The notes beneath the pieces are model-generated. The model worked only from the letters and a program-made list of their open reading frames with translations. It was not told the DNA's origin and made no database searches. This document shows, piece by piece, positions 27,824-41,340 of a stretch of DNA of 64,000 nucleotides (its first letter is position 1; each line of letters begins with the position of its first letter). The position numbers and the translations under genes were made by a program. The stretch is from Escherichia coli. Lineage in GTDB: Bacteria > Pseudomonadota > Gammaproteobacteria > Enterobacterales > Enterobacteriaceae. The DNA lies in the NCBI RefSeq assembly GCF_003018115.1, contig NZ_CP027457.1; one strand, written 5' to 3'.

Positions 27824-30800
27824 TTAATCCCTAACCTTGAGAGATTTCATGCCAGGCTGCCAGTAGAGGACTGATCCTGTAGCCTCTTCATAAATTGTTA
27901 AAGATTTTAGCCCCGCTTTATCAGCCATGGCTGCTATATCACCGCGGCAATAACCACATACAGGCTCTTTAGATACACTCATTGTCATCTCACGCCCTTG
28001 AGACATACCCTTTTCAAAAGCTTGCTGTATAACACCTACTTCAGCATGAGCTGTAGCCATATTGCCGTTAGGAAGAGGCTTGTTTTGCTTATCTATTTTA
28101 GCTTGGATTCGTCCATCAATGAGTGTTGGCTTATTCACATCTGCTAAGTTGGAAGGCCTTGCACCCTGATTAGTATCAGTAAACTTAGCTCCATCAACAT
28201 TACCTTTCGCTACGACCTTAAGATTAGCATCAACGATTTTACTTAATTGTTTTGCCGCAGCAGAACCCAAAATTGGTGTCACCGAAGCCGCAATGCTCTC
28301 CAGACCCTGCTTTGTTTCGGTGTAGCTTTCTGCGGTCTGACGATCCACCCCTTTGGTGACCATGAAATAGTTAATCATGGCGTCTTTCACCTGTTGCTGA
28401 TTCTGTGCATCAACACTGGTGATATCGAGGAGATTGACCATCTGACCATACGCATCAGCGTATTGCTGGCTGTATTTCGAGTTATAAGGGCCATCTTCGT
28501 ACCCTTCTTTCGACGCAATAACTTTCAGTCTTGCGCTGGCACACGCTGAACTACCCGCATTACCATTACCGCAGGCAGCAATAACCTCCTTATCACTGGC
28601 AATATCTTTCTCACGCAGAGCATTATATTTCTGTTGCGCCTTTTCGCGCTCTGCCGGATCTTTACTATTTTTAAGCGTCTGTTTTGCTATCTCAAGCTCT
28701 GTCTTTTCAGACACGCTAAGATAGTTATTCTCAACCGCGTTCCTGCCTGCCTGTGCCCCCGTACCGGCAGACGCCGTACTGTTGCCTGCAAGCCCGCCCG
28801 CAATACCTGAGGCAATGGTGGCCAACATGCTGATTTGCTGACGTTCCTGTTCACTCAGGTTATCAGTACGACCACCATAGTAGTTATCAATGATATACCG
28901 GGCTGCAAGTTCACCGCTGAATGCCCCTGCAGCACCGGAAGCCGCATTGTTTCCGCCCAGTTGTGCGGCAAGCGCTCCCCAGACTGCGTGAGCCATCAGG
29001 TTTGCTTCCCGGTTATCGCCGGTGGCCTGTTTTATAAGCTGTGCCACTGCCGGATTCAGACCGCCAGCCAGTATCTGCCCCGGATTCCCTGCATTCAGTC
29101 CGCCCAGCACACCCGTGATGGCCTGTACCACCATCTGCGGCGTACTGCCCGTACCGTAGCCTTTCATGACCTCTCTGTATTCCGGGGTCTCCCGCAACTG
29201 TGCATCGCTCATGCCAGGATGCTCTTTCCTGGCTGCTTTCATCGCTTCAGTTTCGCCATACGTCATGACGATGTTACTCATCTGACCGCTAATCTGGCTG
29301 ATAACCTGCGCTTCCTGCAGACGCTTCTGCTCTTTCTCCCTGTCAAATATCGGTGCAATGCTGCCGTTGGCGTTTTCCGGGTCCCGGCTGAGCCCGGCAA
29401 TATCCTGCTTCTGACTCTCATTATCACGGATAATGAGATTTCCGCCGCTGATGGCGGATGACGTGGTACCTTCAGCATGTCCACTGCTGCCGGACATACC
29501 GGTAAGTGCGTTCGCCGCACCGGCTATTGCATTTGAGGCCACCATCTGGCTGGCTGACATCCCTGAGCCACCCGATAAACTGATTCCGGTATGGCTGGCT
29601 TTATAGTCTGCCTGGTTATGGATATCCGACCAGCCCAGCGTATTGGTATTGAGGCTGTTTTTGTCATCCGTTGCCGTGGACGCAATTACCGCACCATTGA
29701 GCTGAGTGTGATTCCCAACAGTGACATCAAACCCGTCTTTTCCGGCGTAGATACCACTCTGTTCCCGGACAGAATCGTAATTGCTTTTAATTTTGTCCTG
29801 ACTGATGCTGGCATAGCCGCTGCCGGACATTGAGCCAAACGTGAAGCTTCCACCTGCAGCCACGCTGTTCTGTCTGCTGTCGTAACGGTCACTGTCCTGA
29901 AGGCTCGAAATGGTCAGGTTGTTGCCGACATCTGCTGTGACTTTCTCGCCACTGACCTGAGCCCCCGACAGGGTGGTATCACGTCCGCTTGTGAGGGAGA
30001 CATTTTTACCCGCATCCAGCGTGGTTTCGGTCCAGGTCGTGCCGTTGCCTTTCTCCCTGCCCTCTGAACCATTGATACCGGCGAAGATACTGAGGCCTCC
30101 GCCATTGGTTCCACCACCAAAGCTGACGCCCACGCCGCCACCTTTGCTGCTGTTCTTCCCGGTTGTCTGTCGGGTGTCAGCGGCGGCAGCCAGCAGAATA
30201 TCGTTCTGTGCATTCAGGCTGGTGTCATTGCCGGACTTAATCTGGCTCCCGGTAATGAGAATATCGCCGCTGTTGTTATGGTCCTTATTTTTCCCCGTGG
30301 CAGTGACAGAGACATTGTTACCGGCGCTGAGGGTTGAGCCGGAGACGATATCGTGCTGATATTTCGTCTCAGACTTCGACTGCTGATGGTTGAGCGAAAT
30401 GCTCACGCCGATACCATTATTCGGGTCAGCACTCTGTTGCTGCAGTCCGTGGTTAACACCGGCCTGTACACCAGACAGAACCGCCTGTGTTCCTTTCAGT
30501 GCCGCCAGACGGCTGTCGCTGGTTTCTTTCGCCTCCCGGGCCATGGTGGCAGCATTATTGATGGCACTGCCCACTGTGCCGGAAAGGGCAACCGTCAGCC
30601 CGCTTTTCTTCTGCTCAAATTTTTCGTCCACAGTACGACGGTCATGCCCCGGGTCAACCACCACACTGTCACCGGTAATGCTGATATCCCGGTTCGCAAT
30701 CACATCCGAACCGCTGATATGAGCCTGTTTGCCCGCGGTAATACTGACATTACCAGCAGTGGAGCCGATGGTGCTGGCACTCTGACTCTGCGTTGTCCCG

Positions 30801-33800
30801 GCCTCGCGGCGGTCGTGCGTTGTCTTACTGCTGCCAGTGGTGAAACCAATACCGCCGGTACCCGTCAGACCGGATTTCTTCGTTTCCTTAAAGCGCCAGG
30901 ACGTATCTGTACTGGTGGCAGCAAGAACATCAACATGGTTATCCGCCGCCAGTGACACATCCCAGTCAGCCACCACATCCGAACCCTGTACCGTCAGGTT
31001 ATTACCGGCGTTAACGGTCACGCGGTTTCCCGACAGCAGGGAGCCCTTCTCACGGGTGACGCTGTCTTCCGTGATGGTCCGGGTGGTCTGATGGCTGAGG
31101 AGACGGTTACGGGTTTCCCCTGATTCACTGTAGTGATAATCACTTTCCGTGGCAGTACCCAGTACGATGTCATGACCGGCATTCACACGGATATCGCCCT
31201 TTGCCGTTACAGCGGTCGCAACTGAGGTGATATCCCGTCCGGCAGTAACCGTAATGTCACCGCCACTGGTCATGTCTGTTCCCTGCTGCCGGACCGAATC
31301 ATGAACCGTCTTCATGCTGAAAGTGCTGTCGTGGTCACCTGCGCCTGTGGACTCCGCAGCCATGTTCACATCCCGTCCGGCGCGGATAGCCATACTGTTT
31401 TCAGCCGTAATACCGGCAGCCTGGCTGTTCACATCACGACCGGCGGAAAGCATCAGACTGTTCCCGGCAGTGACCGTGGGGGCCACGGCATGAGTTTCAT
31501 ACCACCCGGACCCGCCATAGCGACGACGTTCTCCGGCCTGTATCGCGTTCATGTTCAGGTCATTACCGGCGGACAGTAACACGCTGTCACCGGCAGAAAC
31601 GGCGGCACCGGTGATACTGATATCCCCGGCTGCGCCCATAAACAGTGAGTCCGTTGCCCTGACAGCAGCCAGCGGACCGGTATCCGTTCCGCTGAAATGG
31701 TTATATCCGTTGTTCATCGCCCACTGTTCTGTCCGGGTGAGGTTACTGATGTTTCCGGTGGCGCTTTCCAGGGATACGGTTTTACCGCTGATGACTGAGC
31801 TGATATTGCCGATATCCCCGATGGCCTTCAGGTTCAGTGCACCACCGGCGTTTATCAGTCCGGCATTCAGGTTGTCGATACTACCTGTGCTGTCGAGCAG
31901 GAGGTCATTCTGTGCGTTGATGCTGCCGCCGCTGTTGGTGATATTGCCACCCGCAAGCTGCACGTTGTTCCCGCTGATAACGCTGCCATTATGAAGGGTG
32001 ATATCTTCCGGAGACAGATACAGTTTCGGAACCATGACTGTCTGTCCGTTGATGGTGACTGACTCCCACCACAGCAGGCTTCTGGTCAGTTGTGCAACCT
32101 GCCCGGCGGTCAGCGACACTCCAAAGGTCAGTCCGAGCGCTTTCTGTTGCGCTGCCGCGCTGTCCATCAGGTATTTCATCTGCGCCAGGTCAGAGCCTGT
32201 GCCGTTAATATAACGTGAGCCCGTCTGGTTCAGTATGACGTTACTGACATACCGGGTATCAAAAGCCGCATCCCCCAGAAAGCGGTAATCTTTTTCCGGT
32301 TTCAGGCCAAGACGGTCAAGAATGTACGACGAGCCCAGAAACTGTTTTTCATCGGTATATGCCGGGTCTGTTTCTCGTGGTGCCTGTCCGGGTTGCATCC
32401 TGAGCAGGTCATACAGTCCGGCAAACAGACTGCTGTCCACCTTTCCGAGACCATCCAGTTTCGGGTTCACCGTAATCAGATACGGACTGTCCGGGTCCGT
32501 GGACGGGACAAAATAACCATTGTTACCGGATGGCAGGGGATAGTTGCTTACACTTGCCCCGGACAGCGACAGCGCACCCGGGATATCCTTCAGCGTATCC
32601 GGCAGCGCGTCATTCCATACAGGGCCGGTTATCCCGGTACCGCTTTCATTCAGCAGGGCTTCACCGCTCACCCCCTGACTGACCGTCGGTGGTGTCAGGG
32701 AGTTCAGCGAAGGCACCGTTATCGTGTTACCTGCACCACCTGCCCGGGGCATGACAGTGGTATTACCGGTGTCAGTGGCAAAGCTGGCAGACACATCACC
32801 GGCAGCGCTGATAACCGCACGGTACTGACCTGCCGGAGAGGTGCCACTGGCTTCTGTCGCATCCGGCGAGACCTGGCGATAGACCTTATACCATGGCTCA
32901 GTAAACCACGCTTTGGGGAGTGAGCCGGAGGCAAGCCGCCAGACCGTTTCCTTTCCGGTGGTCCCCTCCTGCCAGCCCTGATTGTTCAGTGTGTCGCCAC
33001 TCAGGGTCATACTGCCACCGGCGAGAAGAAACGATGCCTCATTATCCAGTCGTCCTGCACGGATATGCATATCAGCGCCGCCGGATATCCGGGCAGCATG
33101 ACCGGAGGCACTGACTGTCACCGTTTCCGTATCGCCCGTACGGATACGGTATTCATCAGGTACCGTGGCACCCTCCCCCCAGTACACGGCCAGATATTCC
33201 ACACCATCATGCCGGACAACACCCCACCAACGGTTATTTTCCGGAACCGGTGAAATCACCCCGCGACTGCTTCCAGGAATGACCTCATGGCTGGCCGAAA
33301 TGGCATCCCAGGAATTCAGCAGATGCGCCGTATTCATGGTGATATCGCCACGTGTGGTTTCAATATTACCGGAACGGTTAATGATTTCGCTGTTTGCCGT
33401 ACCGCTGCTGTCCTTCTGTACCCACAGACTGTTGCCGGCCAGGATATCACCATGCTGGTTATGCAGACGGTCTGTAAACAGCTTCAGGTTATTCCCCGCA
33501 TAAATCAGCGCACTGTTCAGCAGGGTACCGGCCACATTCATTGTCAGACTGCCTGCCGTGCCGGTAAAACCACTGATGGTGATATCACTCCGGCTGTTCA
33601 GACTCACATCGCCACCGGCCTGAAGTGAACCCGGTGCGTTAAGGAAAAGACGCTGTGCGCTGAAAACACTGTTGCCTTTACCGGCAGTCAGCGTTCCATT
33701 GTTGGTGAATGCCTCTCCGGCACCGAGCACCATGGCATCACCCAGCATGACACCGCCGTTGGTGATGGCATTTTGCGACGTGACGGAAAGGGTTTTCCCT

Positions 33801-36800
33801 GCGGCCAGGGTACCGTAATTCGTGAGGGCAGCAATCAGTTTCAGTGTGACATCACCGGTGGCCACCACCTGGCCCTGACCACTGAAGTCCTGAGCGTCAA
33901 GCAGCAGGTTGCCTGCACTGTACAGCCGCCCTGTACCATTTTGCAGCAGTGAACTGCCCTTGACGCCAAGCCCGGAGGTTCCCAGCAGGGTACCGCTGTT
34001 GCTGAATGTGTGGTAATTCACCAGCAGATCCGCACCCTGAAGCGTACCGATATTATTCAGCGTGGTTCCTTTAACGTCGGCACTGCCGGTGGCAAGTACG
34101 CGTCCGCCGTTGACAGTATTCACCACATCCAGCAGCAGGGTGGCAGCCTGTACCAGTCCGCTGCCGGTGTTCGCCAGCACCTGCGCCGTCAGCGTGAGGT
34201 TACTGCCGGAGAAGATTTTGCCGTCGTTCTGCAGACGGTCAGTGGCGTTCAGGGAAACCCCGCCACCACCCTGTATCGTGCCCTGGTTACTCAGGGTCGC
34301 AGTACTGACATTCAGTGCATTCCGGCTCATCAGAACACCACCGGAACGGTTGTTCACGCCACCGGAGGCGGCCAGCGTCAGCGTTTCGCCCTGCAGATGC
34401 CCGCCGTTTGTGAGTTGTCCTGCCGTGATGGTGGTGGCATTTCCCTGTAATTGCCCGTCGTTTGTGACACTGTCTGCCTTCAGCGTCAGCACACCTGCAC
34501 TGAGCAGTTTTCCGCTCGCGTGATTGTTCAGCGTCTGATTCACCGTGAGCGTGAGAGCATCCACACCGGTGATGTCACCCGCACTGGTCAGTGAGTTCGC
34601 CTTCAGAGTCAGATTTTTTGCAATCCATTGTCCGCTGTTGCTTAAATTCAGTGCACTGAGCGCCATTTCACCGTTCGAGGTGACTTTGCTGCCTGCTGTG
34701 CTGACAAGCTCACCCGTCAGACGTGCAGTCAGGCTGTCAGCCGCCTGGATCGCCCCGCTGTTTGCCAGACTGTCTGCGGTGATCAGCACCCGTTTGCCCT
34801 GCCAGTGTCCGGAACTGGTAATACTGCCTGCGGTGATTGTCAGATCGCCGCTGGTCAGCAATGAACCTCCGTTATTCATCAGCGCAGGTTGAGGGGATAC
34901 CATACGAGCAGCAAGCGTCAGCGCGGCAATCCCGGTGAGCGAGCCACTGTTGGTGACACTGTTCTGGCGAATCGTGACATGGTCACCCTGGACAGTGCCG
35001 CTGTTATCCAGTGAGTTTCCATCAAGGGAGAGCGTGCCGGCCGAAAGCAGACTGCCCCGGTTGTCCGTGGTGGCTGCTTTCAGCGTGGTGTCACCCTGGC
35101 TCATGATATCGCCGGTACTGGTCAACTGACCGGTTGCCGAAGCAGTAAGGTTACCGGTTGCCAGTACGGAACCACTGTTCGCCCATCTGTCCGCCTGCAC
35201 GGTGAGATTCTGTCCCTGCGTGGTCCCTGCGGTATTCAGTGTTTTACCCCGGAGGGAGAGGTCGCCCGCCGTCAGCCAGCGTCCGTTACGGCCCTGTGAG
35301 AGGGTGTCGCCTGCAAGCGCCAGTGCACCTGCGCCCTGCAACAGGCCATCGCCATCCAGCGTGGTCGCCCTGACGTTCAGCGTGTCAGCGGTGATTTTTC
35401 CCGGATTGCTGAGGGAGGCAGTGTTTAACGTTAAACCGTTATCACCGGTGATAAGCCCGCTGTTGCGGATGTCCGGTATATCCAGCGTCAGGTCTGCAGC
35501 ACTGTACAGCGTGCCGTTCTGCTGATTATCAAGCCTCTGTGTGTTAACGGTGAGTGAGGCCTCCCCCTGCAACAGACCGCTGTTGGTCAGGGTCTGTGAC
35601 TGTGTATTCAGGGCGGAAGCAACAAGTACGCCGCTGCTGGTCAGTTCCGGCGCAATGAGGCTGAGCGACGGGGCACTGCTTTTCCCGCTGTGGGTGAGCT
35701 TTTCACTGGCGTTCACCACCATGGTCTGTTGTGCTGCCTGCGTACCTGCAAGACGTGCATCTCTGGCGTTGATGCTGAGATTTTTGCCGCTCTGAAGTTG
35801 TGCGCCCGCTGCGGTACTCAGTTTGTCTGCCTGAACCCGGAGGGTGTCACCGGCACTGGTTTCCCCGTCCAGCGCCACGGTTGTCACATTCAGCGTCATC
35901 GCAGCATCGCTGTGGGTGACTGATTTTTTACCGGAGCTCAGCGTCTGCGCACTGACTGTCAGCCCTTTGCCGCCGGACAGCACACCGTTCTGTGTCACAT
36001 CCTGCGCCTTCAGCACCAGTACATCATCGCTCACCAGCGAACCTGTACTGGTCAGTTTCCCACTGGCTGTGATATCCACTTTGCCCTTCGCGCCAGTGCG
36101 GCCGCTCTGGGTAAAGTCGCGGGTATTCACGGTCAGGCGACCGCCACTGAGCAGGGAGCCACTGTTGCTGAGCGTTGTACTGCCGAGCGTCAGGGAAGCC
36201 CCCTGAACAGCACCACTGTTATTCAGCGTGCCGGCATCGAGTCCCGCATGACCTTTCGCCAGCAATATTCCGTCCTGTGTCAGCGTGGTGGCGCTGGCCG
36301 TGAGATTCTGCCCGGCGGTTATCTGTCCCTGTGTTGTCAACGTGTCACTGGCGACAGTCACAATATTGCGGGCCGCGTTAATCTGGCTGGCGGTATCCTG
36401 TGTGATGTTTTTCGCGGCAAGCGTTACATCCCGGCCGGCAGTCAGTTTTTCATTCTGTTGAGTGATTCTGCCGCCGGCGGTCAGGCTGAGGTCCTTGTCG
36501 CTGTTAAGCGTTCCATTGCTGAGAACGATATCGCTCCGGCTGCTGACGCTCAGGTTACCTCCCGCTTTATGGTCGCCGGTTAAGGTGACGCCCTGACCTT
36601 TTGCAGTGACGGCCCCCGTGGCGAGACTGTTGTTGACAGTCAGTCTGCCGCTGGCATCCAGGGTGATATCGCCATCGCGGGCATAAAGGTTACCAAGATT
36701 AACCCCGACACCACTTTCAGTGGAGGTCAGATGAATACGCCTGGCGTACATTCCACCGAGCGCGCCGGTATCAACGGCAACTTTCGGCACATCACCTTCG

Positions 36801-37501
36801 CCCTTCAGTGCACTGACACGACCATCTGCAGTTATCCGGTTAGCGCCTGCAGTGACAGTTAAATCCTTCGCATGAAGCGCGGCATTCACTTCCGTTGCAC
36901 GGGCAATAATGGATACGGCATCGCTCCGGGTGCCGTCCAGGCCCGCGCCATTGATGGTGATACTGCCTTCAGTCACCTCCAGCGCCTGCAGGCTGCCGTC
37001 GGCATTCATCACAGGTCTGCCCGTGGTGAGCGTCGCGTGCGGCGTGTTGATAAAACCACAGCCGTCACAGGTGATACCATACGGGTTGGCAACAATCACA
37101 TTCGCCGCTTTGCCGGCCACTTCCGTATAGCCCTGCAGCAGTGAACGGTTACCGCCGGTCACTTCGTTGATGATACCCTTCGCTTCCCCGCCCGCTTTCA
37201 GGTTCGGGTTATTCTGTATCAGTCCACCAAGCTGCGTCGGATTAAGCTTACCGGTGGCATTATTGAGAATCAGCCCTTCCTTCCCGACGTTGTAATCCGT
37301 AAACCGGTTATGCGAAATCCCGGCCCCGTTCGGCGTGGCAATGTTCACGACCGGCACACCATTTGCCGCTTTATCCATTCCGGCCCCGTTTTGTGGGGTG
37401 ATGACGGCCCCCACAGCCGGTAACAACGGCTGCCCGGCGATAATCGTACTGATAAGGTAACTCAGCAGGCGGTAAGTGAAGCGAACGGGAGGCTGATGCA
37501 T
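27824..37501 (-). CDS. cdiA: contact-dependent inhibition exoprotein CdiA (3225 aa) with a deaminase-like C-terminal toxin
   Basis: N-terminal two-partner-secretion domain ([21 protein letters not shown]), long repeat region, pre-toxin VENN ([11 protein letters not shown]), C-terminal HAEVGV...(~25 aa)...PVCGYC. Confidence 0.95.
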   Translation of the reverse strand: MHQPPVRFTYRLLSYLISTIIAGQPLLPAVGAVITPQNGAGMDKAANGVPVVNIATPNGAGISHNRFTDYNVGKEGLILNNATGKLNPTQLGGLIQNNPNLKAGGEAKGIINEVTGGNRSLLQGYTEVAGKAANVIVANPYGITCDGCGFINTPHATLTTGRPVMNADGSLQALEVTEGSITINGAGLDGTRSDAVSIIARATEVNAALHAKDLTVTAGANRITADGRVSALKGEGDVPKVAVDTGALGGMYARRIHLTSTESGVGVNLGNLYARDGDITLDASGRLTVNNSLATGAVTAKGQGVTLTGDHKAGGNLSVSSRSDIVLSNGTLNSDKDLSLTAGGRITQQNEKLTAGRDVTLAAKNITQDTASQINAARNIVTVASDTLTTQGQITAGQNLTASATTLTQDGILLAKGHAGLDAGTLNNSGAVQGASLTLGSTTLSNSGSLLSGGRLTVNTRDFTQSGRTGAKGKVDITASGKLTSTGSLVSDDVLVLKAQDVTQNGVLSGGKGLTVSAQTLSSGKKSVTHSDAAMTLNVTTVALDGETSAGDTLRVQADKLSTAAGAQLQSGKNLSINARDARLAGTQAAQQTMVVNASEKLTHSGKSSAPSLSLIAPELTSSGVLVASALNTQSQTLTNSGLLQGEASLTVNTQRLDNQQNGTLYSAADLTLDIPDIRNSGLITGDNGLTLNTASLSNPGKITADTLNVRATTLDGDGLLQGAGALALAGDTLSQGRNGRWLTAGDLSLRGKTLNTAGTTQGQNLTVQADRWANSGSVLATGNLTASATGQLTSTGDIMSQGDTTLKAATTDNRGSLLSAGTLSLDGNSLDNSGTVQGDHVTIRQNSVTNSGSLTGIAALTLAARMVSPQPALMNNGGSLLTSGDLTITAGSITSSGHWQGKRVLITADSLANSGAIQAADSLTARLTGELVSTAGSKVTSNGEMALSALNLSNSGQWIAKNLTLKANSLTSAGDITGVDALTLTVNQTLNNHASGKLLSAGVLTLKADSVTNDGQLQGNATTITAGQLTNGGHLQGETLTLAASGGVNNRSGGVLMSRNALNVSTATLSNQGTIQGGGGVSLNATDRLQNDGKIFSGSNLTLTAQVLANTGSGLVQAATLLLDVVNTVNGGRVLATGSADVKGTTLNNIGTLQGADLLVNYHTFSNSGTLLGTSGLGVKGSSLLQNGTGRLYSAGNLLLDAQDFSGQGQVVATGDVTLKLIAALTNYGTLAAGKTLSVTSQNAITNGGVMLGDAMVLGAGEAFTNNGTLTAGKGNSVFSAQRLFLNAPGSLQAGGDVSLNSRSDITISGFTGTAGSLTMNVAGTLLNSALIYAGNNLKLFTDRLHNQHGDILAGNSLWVQKDSSGTANSEIINRSGNIETTRGDITMNTAHLLNSWDAISASHEVIPGSSRGVISPVPENNRWWGVVRHDGVEYLAVYWGEGATVPDEYRIRTGDTETVTVSASGHAARISGGADMHIRAGRLDNEASFLLAGGSMTLSGDTLNNQGWQEGTTGKETVWRLASGSLPKAWFTEPWYKVYRQVSPDATEASGTSPAGQYRAVISAAGDVSASFATDTGNTTVMPRAGGAGNTITVPSLNSLTPPTVSQGVSGEALLNESGTGITGPVWNDALPDTLKDIPGALSLSGASVSNYPLPSGNNGYFVPSTDPDSPYLITVNPKLDGLGKVDSSLFAGLYDLLRMQPGQAPRETDPAYTDEKQFLGSSYILDRLGLKPEKDYRFLGDAAFDTRYVSNVILNQTGSRYINGTGSDLAQMKYLMDSAAAQQKALGLTFGVSLTAGQVAQLTRSLLWWESVTINGQTVMVPKLYLSPEDITLHNGSVISGNNVQLAGGNITNSGGSINAQNDLLLDSTGSIDNLNAGLINAGGALNLKAIGDIGNISSVISGKTVSLESATGNISNLTRTEQWAMNNGYNHFSGTDTGPLAAVRATDSLFMGAAGDISITGAAVSAGDSVLLSAGNDLNMNAIQAGERRRYGGSGWYETHAVAPTVTAGNSLMLSAGRDVNSQAAGITAENSMAIRAGRDVNMAAESTGAGDHDSTFSMKTVHDSVRQQGTDMTSGGDITVTAGRDITSVATAVTAKGDIRVNAGHDIVLGTATESDYHYSESGETRNRLLSHQTTRTITEDSVTREKGSLLSGNRVTVNAGNNLTVQGSDVVADWDVSLAADNHVDVLAATSTDTSWRFKETKKSGLTGTGGIGFTTGSSKTTHDRREAGTTQSQSASTIGSTAGNVSITAGKQAHISGSDVIANRDISITGDSVVVDPGHDRRTVDEKFEQKKSGLTVALSGTVGSAINNAATMAREAKETSDSRLAALKGTQAVLSGVQAGVNHGLQQQSADPNNGIGVSISLNHQQSKSETKYQHDIVSGSTLSAGNNVSVTATGKNKDHNNSGDILITGSQIKSGNDTSLNAQNDILLAAAADTRQTTGKNSSKGGGVGVSFGGGTNGGGLSIFAGINGSEGREKGNGTTWTETTLDAGKNVSLTSGRDTTLSGAQVSGEKVTADVGNNLTISSLQDSDRYDSRQNSVAAGGSFTFGSMSGSGYASISQDKIKSNYDSVREQSGIYAGKDGFDVTVGNHTQLNGAVIASTATDDKNSLNTNTLGWSDIHNQADYKASHTGISLSGGSGMSASQMVASNAIAGAANALTGMSGSSGHAEGTTSSAISGGNLIIRDNESQKQDIAGLSRDPENANGSIAPIFDREKEQKRLQEAQVISQISGQMSNIVMTYGETEAMKAARKEHPGMSDAQLRETPEYREVMKGYGTGSTPQMVVQAITGVLGGLNAGNPGQILAGGLNPAVAQLIKQATGDNREANLMAHAVWGALAAQLGGNNAASGAAGAFSGELAARYIIDNYYGGRTDNLSEQERQQISMLATIASGIAGGLAGNSTASAGTGAQAGRNAVENNYLSVSEKTELEIAKQTLKNSKDPAEREKAQQKYNALREKDIASDKEVIAACGNGNAGSSACASARLKVIASKEGYEDGPYNSKYSQQYADAYGQMVNLLDITSVDAQNQQQVKDAMINYFMVTKGVDRQTAESYTETKQGLESIAASVTPILGSAAAKQLSKIVDANLKVVAKGNVDGAKFTDTNQGARPSNLADVNKPTLIDGRIQAKIDKQNKPLPNGNMATAHAEVGVIQQAFEKGMSQGREMTMSVSKEPVCGYCRGDIAAMADKAGLKSLTIYEEATGSVLYWQPGMKSLKVRD

Positions 37502-37513
37502 GGTAATAATCCC

Positions 37514-39280
37514 TTAAAACGCGACGGCAACGCGCCAGTAAACCGTGAGATGGTCAGGGGCAAGCCAGTCCGGGTAGACCAGAGGCAGTCCGGCGGTGAA
37601 CGAACCGGAAACATGACCACTGGTGGTGCTGAGCCCGGCAGCAGCACCCCACAGCGTGCCGGACGAGTACGGGTCATCGCTGTCAGAGTGCAGCCAGCCG
37701 CCGTCCAGTGCAGCCACTGCACGGACAGTTCCCACATATGGCAGGGAGAACAGAGACCAGGACAGCTCATTTCGCAGATAACCGCCGTTATTACCGGAGA
37801 TATACTGCTCCTTAAAGCCACGCACTGAACTCTCACCCCCGAGGCTCAGTTGTTCCACACCATGAAGACGGTCCGGTGACCACTGGGCATAAGCGCTGGT
37901 CAGCCACCACACCCTGTCCGTGACGGGGCGCTGAAAACTGGCACTCACCGACCATTTCCGGAACTGATTTACGGGCAGGTCTCCCCTTTTCCCGTGGTCG
38001 CTTTCTGCGCCGAACCAGGGCATCCCCCGTGTGAATACCGGATTCAGTGTTCCGACCCCCCCCAGAAACTTGTGTGTGTGATTCAGCCCGACAGAAAATG
38101 AAGTGAGTTTACGGCTGCTGCCCTGAAGCAGAACATCATCCAGATAATTGTGAATAATGCGGTGCTGCAGACCTCCGGTCAGTGCTGTCTTCATGTCCCC
38201 GTTACGGAACAGAACATGCGACAGTCCCAGCCGGTGAGTCTGCAGGTCTCCCGTGGAACGCCACCGCCAGCCCCGGTTATCAATGGTGCTGAGGTAGTCA
38301 CTCCATGAATACGTGTAATCCACCAGGGTATAGCCATACGGCAGACTGACACCGGCGGCAAAATTCCTCGCATCATGTGACACCGAAAAGTCACTGCTCC
38401 GTCCCCCGCTGACAAACCAGTTGTCAGCCAGCCCCAGCGGATTATTAAAGGAAAGGACACCATTTAACTGCCCCGTACCGGTATTCTTCTGTCCGCTGTT
38501 GTCGAAGCCCGCGCTCCCTGTGACAGGCCATTCCGGCGATGCCGTCAGTGTCACCACCGACCATCCCTCACGGTCACCGGGCGATATTTCAATCTGTACC
38601 GGCTCCGTACGCAGACGGTTAATCTGCTCCATCCCCTGCTCAATATCCCGCAGGTTCAGAACCGCCCCCTCCATTCCCGGGAAAACCATCTTCAGGGTGC
38701 GGGCAGGAAGGTCAGCGCCTTCCGCCCGGATTTGCTGCAGCCTGCCTTCCATGACCGTTATGTGCAGTACGCCCCCTGAAAGGTCCTGCTCTGTCAGAAA
38801 GGCCCGGCTGGTGATATATCCCCGACGTATATAGCCGTCCGTCACAGCATCCGTGACCGTGGTCAGCCCCGTGATATTCAGACACTGATTCACCCACGGT
38901 GCCACCAGTCTGTCGGTTTCTGCAGACGTCAGTCGGGTGGCCCCACTGACAACAATGCGTGACACCGTAAAGCAGGGACCTTCAGTACCGGCAGACGTTT
39001 CCCGAGACGGTACAACAGTCAGCGGCGTACTGCGCTCCAGCGCATCACGCTGACGCTGGTTTTCATCCAGCAACTGCTGCTGTTGCTGCTGAATTGCACT
39101 GCGGTCACCCGGAGACAGCATGGCTGCCGGAGACGAAAACGAAAGAATACAAAGGCAGGGGAGGAGGGAAAAATAGCGTGCCACCGGAGAGAAAGTGCGG
39201 AGCTTAAATGCGCACTGACCGGAAACCATACCAGGCAACAAATTTCTGTTCGCCAGTAAGTTATCCTGCCGGTGCTGCAT
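37514..39280 (-). CDS. cdiB: CdiB two-partner-secretion outer-membrane transporter (Omp85/TpsB family)
   Basis: 588-aa ORF ending 12 nt upstream of cdiA with a terminal aromatic residue (WRVAVAF), typical TpsB position and size. Confidence 0.9.
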   Translation of the reverse strand: MQHRQDNLLANRNLLPGMVSGQCAFKLRTFSPVARYFSLLPCLCILSFSSPAAMLSPGDRSAIQQQQQQLLDENQRQRDALERSTPLTVVPSRETSAGTEGPCFTVSRIVVSGATRLTSAETDRLVAPWVNQCLNITGLTTVTDAVTDGYIRRGYITSRAFLTEQDLSGGVLHITVMEGRLQQIRAEGADLPARTLKMVFPGMEGAVLNLRDIEQGMEQINRLRTEPVQIEISPGDREGWSVVTLTASPEWPVTGSAGFDNSGQKNTGTGQLNGVLSFNNPLGLADNWFVSGGRSSDFSVSHDARNFAAGVSLPYGYTLVDYTYSWSDYLSTIDNRGWRWRSTGDLQTHRLGLSHVLFRNGDMKTALTGGLQHRIIHNYLDDVLLQGSSRKLTSFSVGLNHTHKFLGGVGTLNPVFTRGMPWFGAESDHGKRGDLPVNQFRKWSVSASFQRPVTDRVWWLTSAYAQWSPDRLHGVEQLSLGGESSVRGFKEQYISGNNGGYLRNELSWSLFSLPYVGTVRAVAALDGGWLHSDSDDPYSSGTLWGAAAGLSTTSGHVSGSFTAGLPLVYPDWLAPDHLTVYWRVAVAF

Positions 39281-39444
39281 ATTCTCCTCGTGGGGTATCC
39301 AGTGTAAATTAACGTAAGTGGAATGTCAGTGCTGAAATTTACACCAGATAAAAAACATACAGAAACAATCCTGTTATGTAAAATCCGGAAAAAATGTCAG
39401 AAATGTGATCAGAGTTGTGTTTTACGGAGGGGAGTGCACTGCGC

Positions 39445-39586
39445 ACGGACTAATCGGAACCTATCGGCTGAGCGATATCGATCCGGAAGCGTATCTGCCT
39501 CATATACTGAGAGTTTTGCCGGAATGGCCTTCCAACCTGTTGATGAACTACCTCCATGGAACGTAGTGCTCACCAATAAATAAGCG
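39445..39586 (+). mobile_element. degenerate IS66 3-prime remnant (about 140 bp)
   Basis: About 85 percent identity by eye to IS66 21740-21880 (ATCGATCCGGAAGCGTATCTGC...CCATGGAACGTAGT.CTCACCAATAAATAAGCGTCA), lacking the terminal repeat. Confidence 0.6.
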
Positions 39587-39624
39587 TCATGCCTAACTTA
39601 AAGTAAATAGAATAGCAGATATGC

Positions 39625-40203
39625 TTAATCCTTTTTGTTGAGTGTCACTGGACCATAGACCATAAAAACACAAGTTGAACCAGATACTCCCCTATAACCT
39701 CCCTGTCCATCGCCGAGATAACAGGCAAGAGCAGTAAATTCCCAGGCATCATCCATAGACGCAGCAATTTTGCGTGTGGTTAGTGTTTCTTTGCCATATT
39801 GCTCACCAAAGTCGTGCACGCGCCGGGCATATTCTCCAAGTGACTCGCTGACTGACGGATGGTCCCACCCCCATAACCAGGTGCTGTCTTCAGTATCGTA
39901 AGTGCCAACCACTTGAACAGGTGCTGTGACCATGATCTCTTTTTCATCATTGGTGAAGGTGATTGTACCTGTATTAAGATCAACATCCCACGCAGCAGTA
40001 TCAAGTCCCCACATTTCTATAGCGGCTTGTGTGAGTAACTGCATTTCGTTATTCGCTCGTGCAATTGTGAGATCTGGCTCTGAAAGAATTGCTGTGTTAG
40101 CACTGGAATCTTTATTCTTTCTGCCAAAAAGCTTCTTGAATAAATTAGTCATTCCTACTCTCCCGTTTTCTGCAAACACTTTGGCTGAATTATTAACGTT
40201 CAA
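39625..40203 (-). CDS. hypothetical protein
   Basis: 192-aa ORF between the IS66 remnant and ykgG; no motif recognised; possible alternative start at MTNLFKK. Confidence 0.5.
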   Translation of the reverse strand: MNVNNSAKVFAENGRVGMTNLFKKLFGRKNKDSSANTAILSEPDLTIARANNEMQLLTQAAIEMWGLDTAAWDVDLNTGTITFTNDEKEIMVTAPVQVVGTYDTEDSTWLWGWDHPSVSESLGEYARRVHDFGEQYGKETLTTRKIAASMDDAWEFTALACYLGDGQGGYRGVSGSTCVFMVYGPVTLNKKD

Positions 40204-40641
40204 ATTTTGTCAGACATGTGTATACCCTAACCTGACATCAGGCCTGATAATGAAAAACTATCAGAATAAAATCGTCATGAGTATTTATTGAGACAAGTAA
40301 TTAAAGGTCATAGATTCATTTATGACATATTCAGGCGTGATAGCGGCATCGTGGTAGTGACTCAGTCCTTTAAACCCGCAATATAAAACGAAAAAACAGA
40401 CCGTTTTTCAGAAGATTAGCGCATTTATTGAGAAGTTTAAAGGCGTGGGAGGGCATCTTTAGTTACAAGCACCCAGACTAACCCTTGCCACAATAAACAG
40501 GCATGAACACTGACTGCTATTGTAAGGCATTAACGGAGTCCGTATTGACGCTTACGCTCAAGTCGCGACTAATACAACTAAATGAATGATTAACAGCTCA
40601 GCTAAACGGAGCTGTTAATCGTATATACATACTAAAATGTA

Positions 40642-41337
40642 TTAGCAGTCATCAATAATCAAGTAAGTTGCATGTACTGGTCCATGCACACCAACAACTT
40701 TGATCAGTTCTATATCTGCAGTAGAACTTGGGCCTCCAATCAGATTGATACAGGAAGGCAGTCGTTGTCCTTCCTGAGCCATTTCATGAAGTTTTTGCGC
40801 AAGCTGAGCCACTCGGGGGAGAATAGTGCTTTTGCGTAAAACAAATAATGATGCTTCAGGCAAAAGGCTTACTGAGCGCCCACGTTCTGGTGCGGAGAAT
40901 AAGACAATGCCTCCTGATTCTGTCAGCCCATACTCAGCGAAAACGACACCAGTTTTTGCCTTTTCAGCAAGATGGATATTTTCATCGCCCTTCTCCGGAT
41001 CCCACAGAGCAGCGTCCATTTCTTTTTGTAGCAATGGCGTAATCCCTGTATCGACCAGTCGTTGATCGTTGCTGATAATGACTGGCCCGGAACCGAACTT
41101 CCAACAGATGTCTAAGGCTGTTGATGGTGCGTTCTCAGGCGACACCAGAACACACTCGGCAAGCATCACTTCCGAGGCAAATTTAATAAACGCCTCACAG
41201 CGTTGGTCTGATGTCAACTCTGTTAAACGTGTCGTAGCCAGCGTATTTACAGGCTCCGGCATTGCTTCGGGAATATGTCTTACTGGTCTGCCAAGCTTTC
41301 TGGCGATCGCAACGAGAAATTCCTCTCTGTTTTCCAT
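40642..41337 (-). CDS. ykgG: LutC/YkgG-family lactate utilisation protein
   Basis: 231 aa, closely matching my recollection of E. coli YkgG (YAEYGLTESGG...IELIKVVGVHGP). Confidence 0.85.
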   Translation of the reverse strand: MENREEFLVAIARKLGRPVRHIPEAMPEPVNTLATTRLTELTSDQRCEAFIKFASEVMLAECVLVSPENAPSTALDICWKFGSGPVIISNDQRLVDTGITPLLQKEMDAALWDPEKGDENIHLAEKAKTGVVFAEYGLTESGGIVLFSAPERGRSVSLLPEASLFVLRKSTILPRVAQLAQKLHEMAQEGQRLPSCINLIGGPSSTADIELIKVVGVHGPVHATYLIIDDC

Positions 41338-41340
41338 AAA

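Noticed and set aside
28247-37144. Many plus-strand ORFs (64-208 codons) overlapping cdiA
   Set aside because: All lie antisense within the 9.7-kb cdiA frame, have low-complexity translations and no ribosome-binding sites; treated as artefacts.
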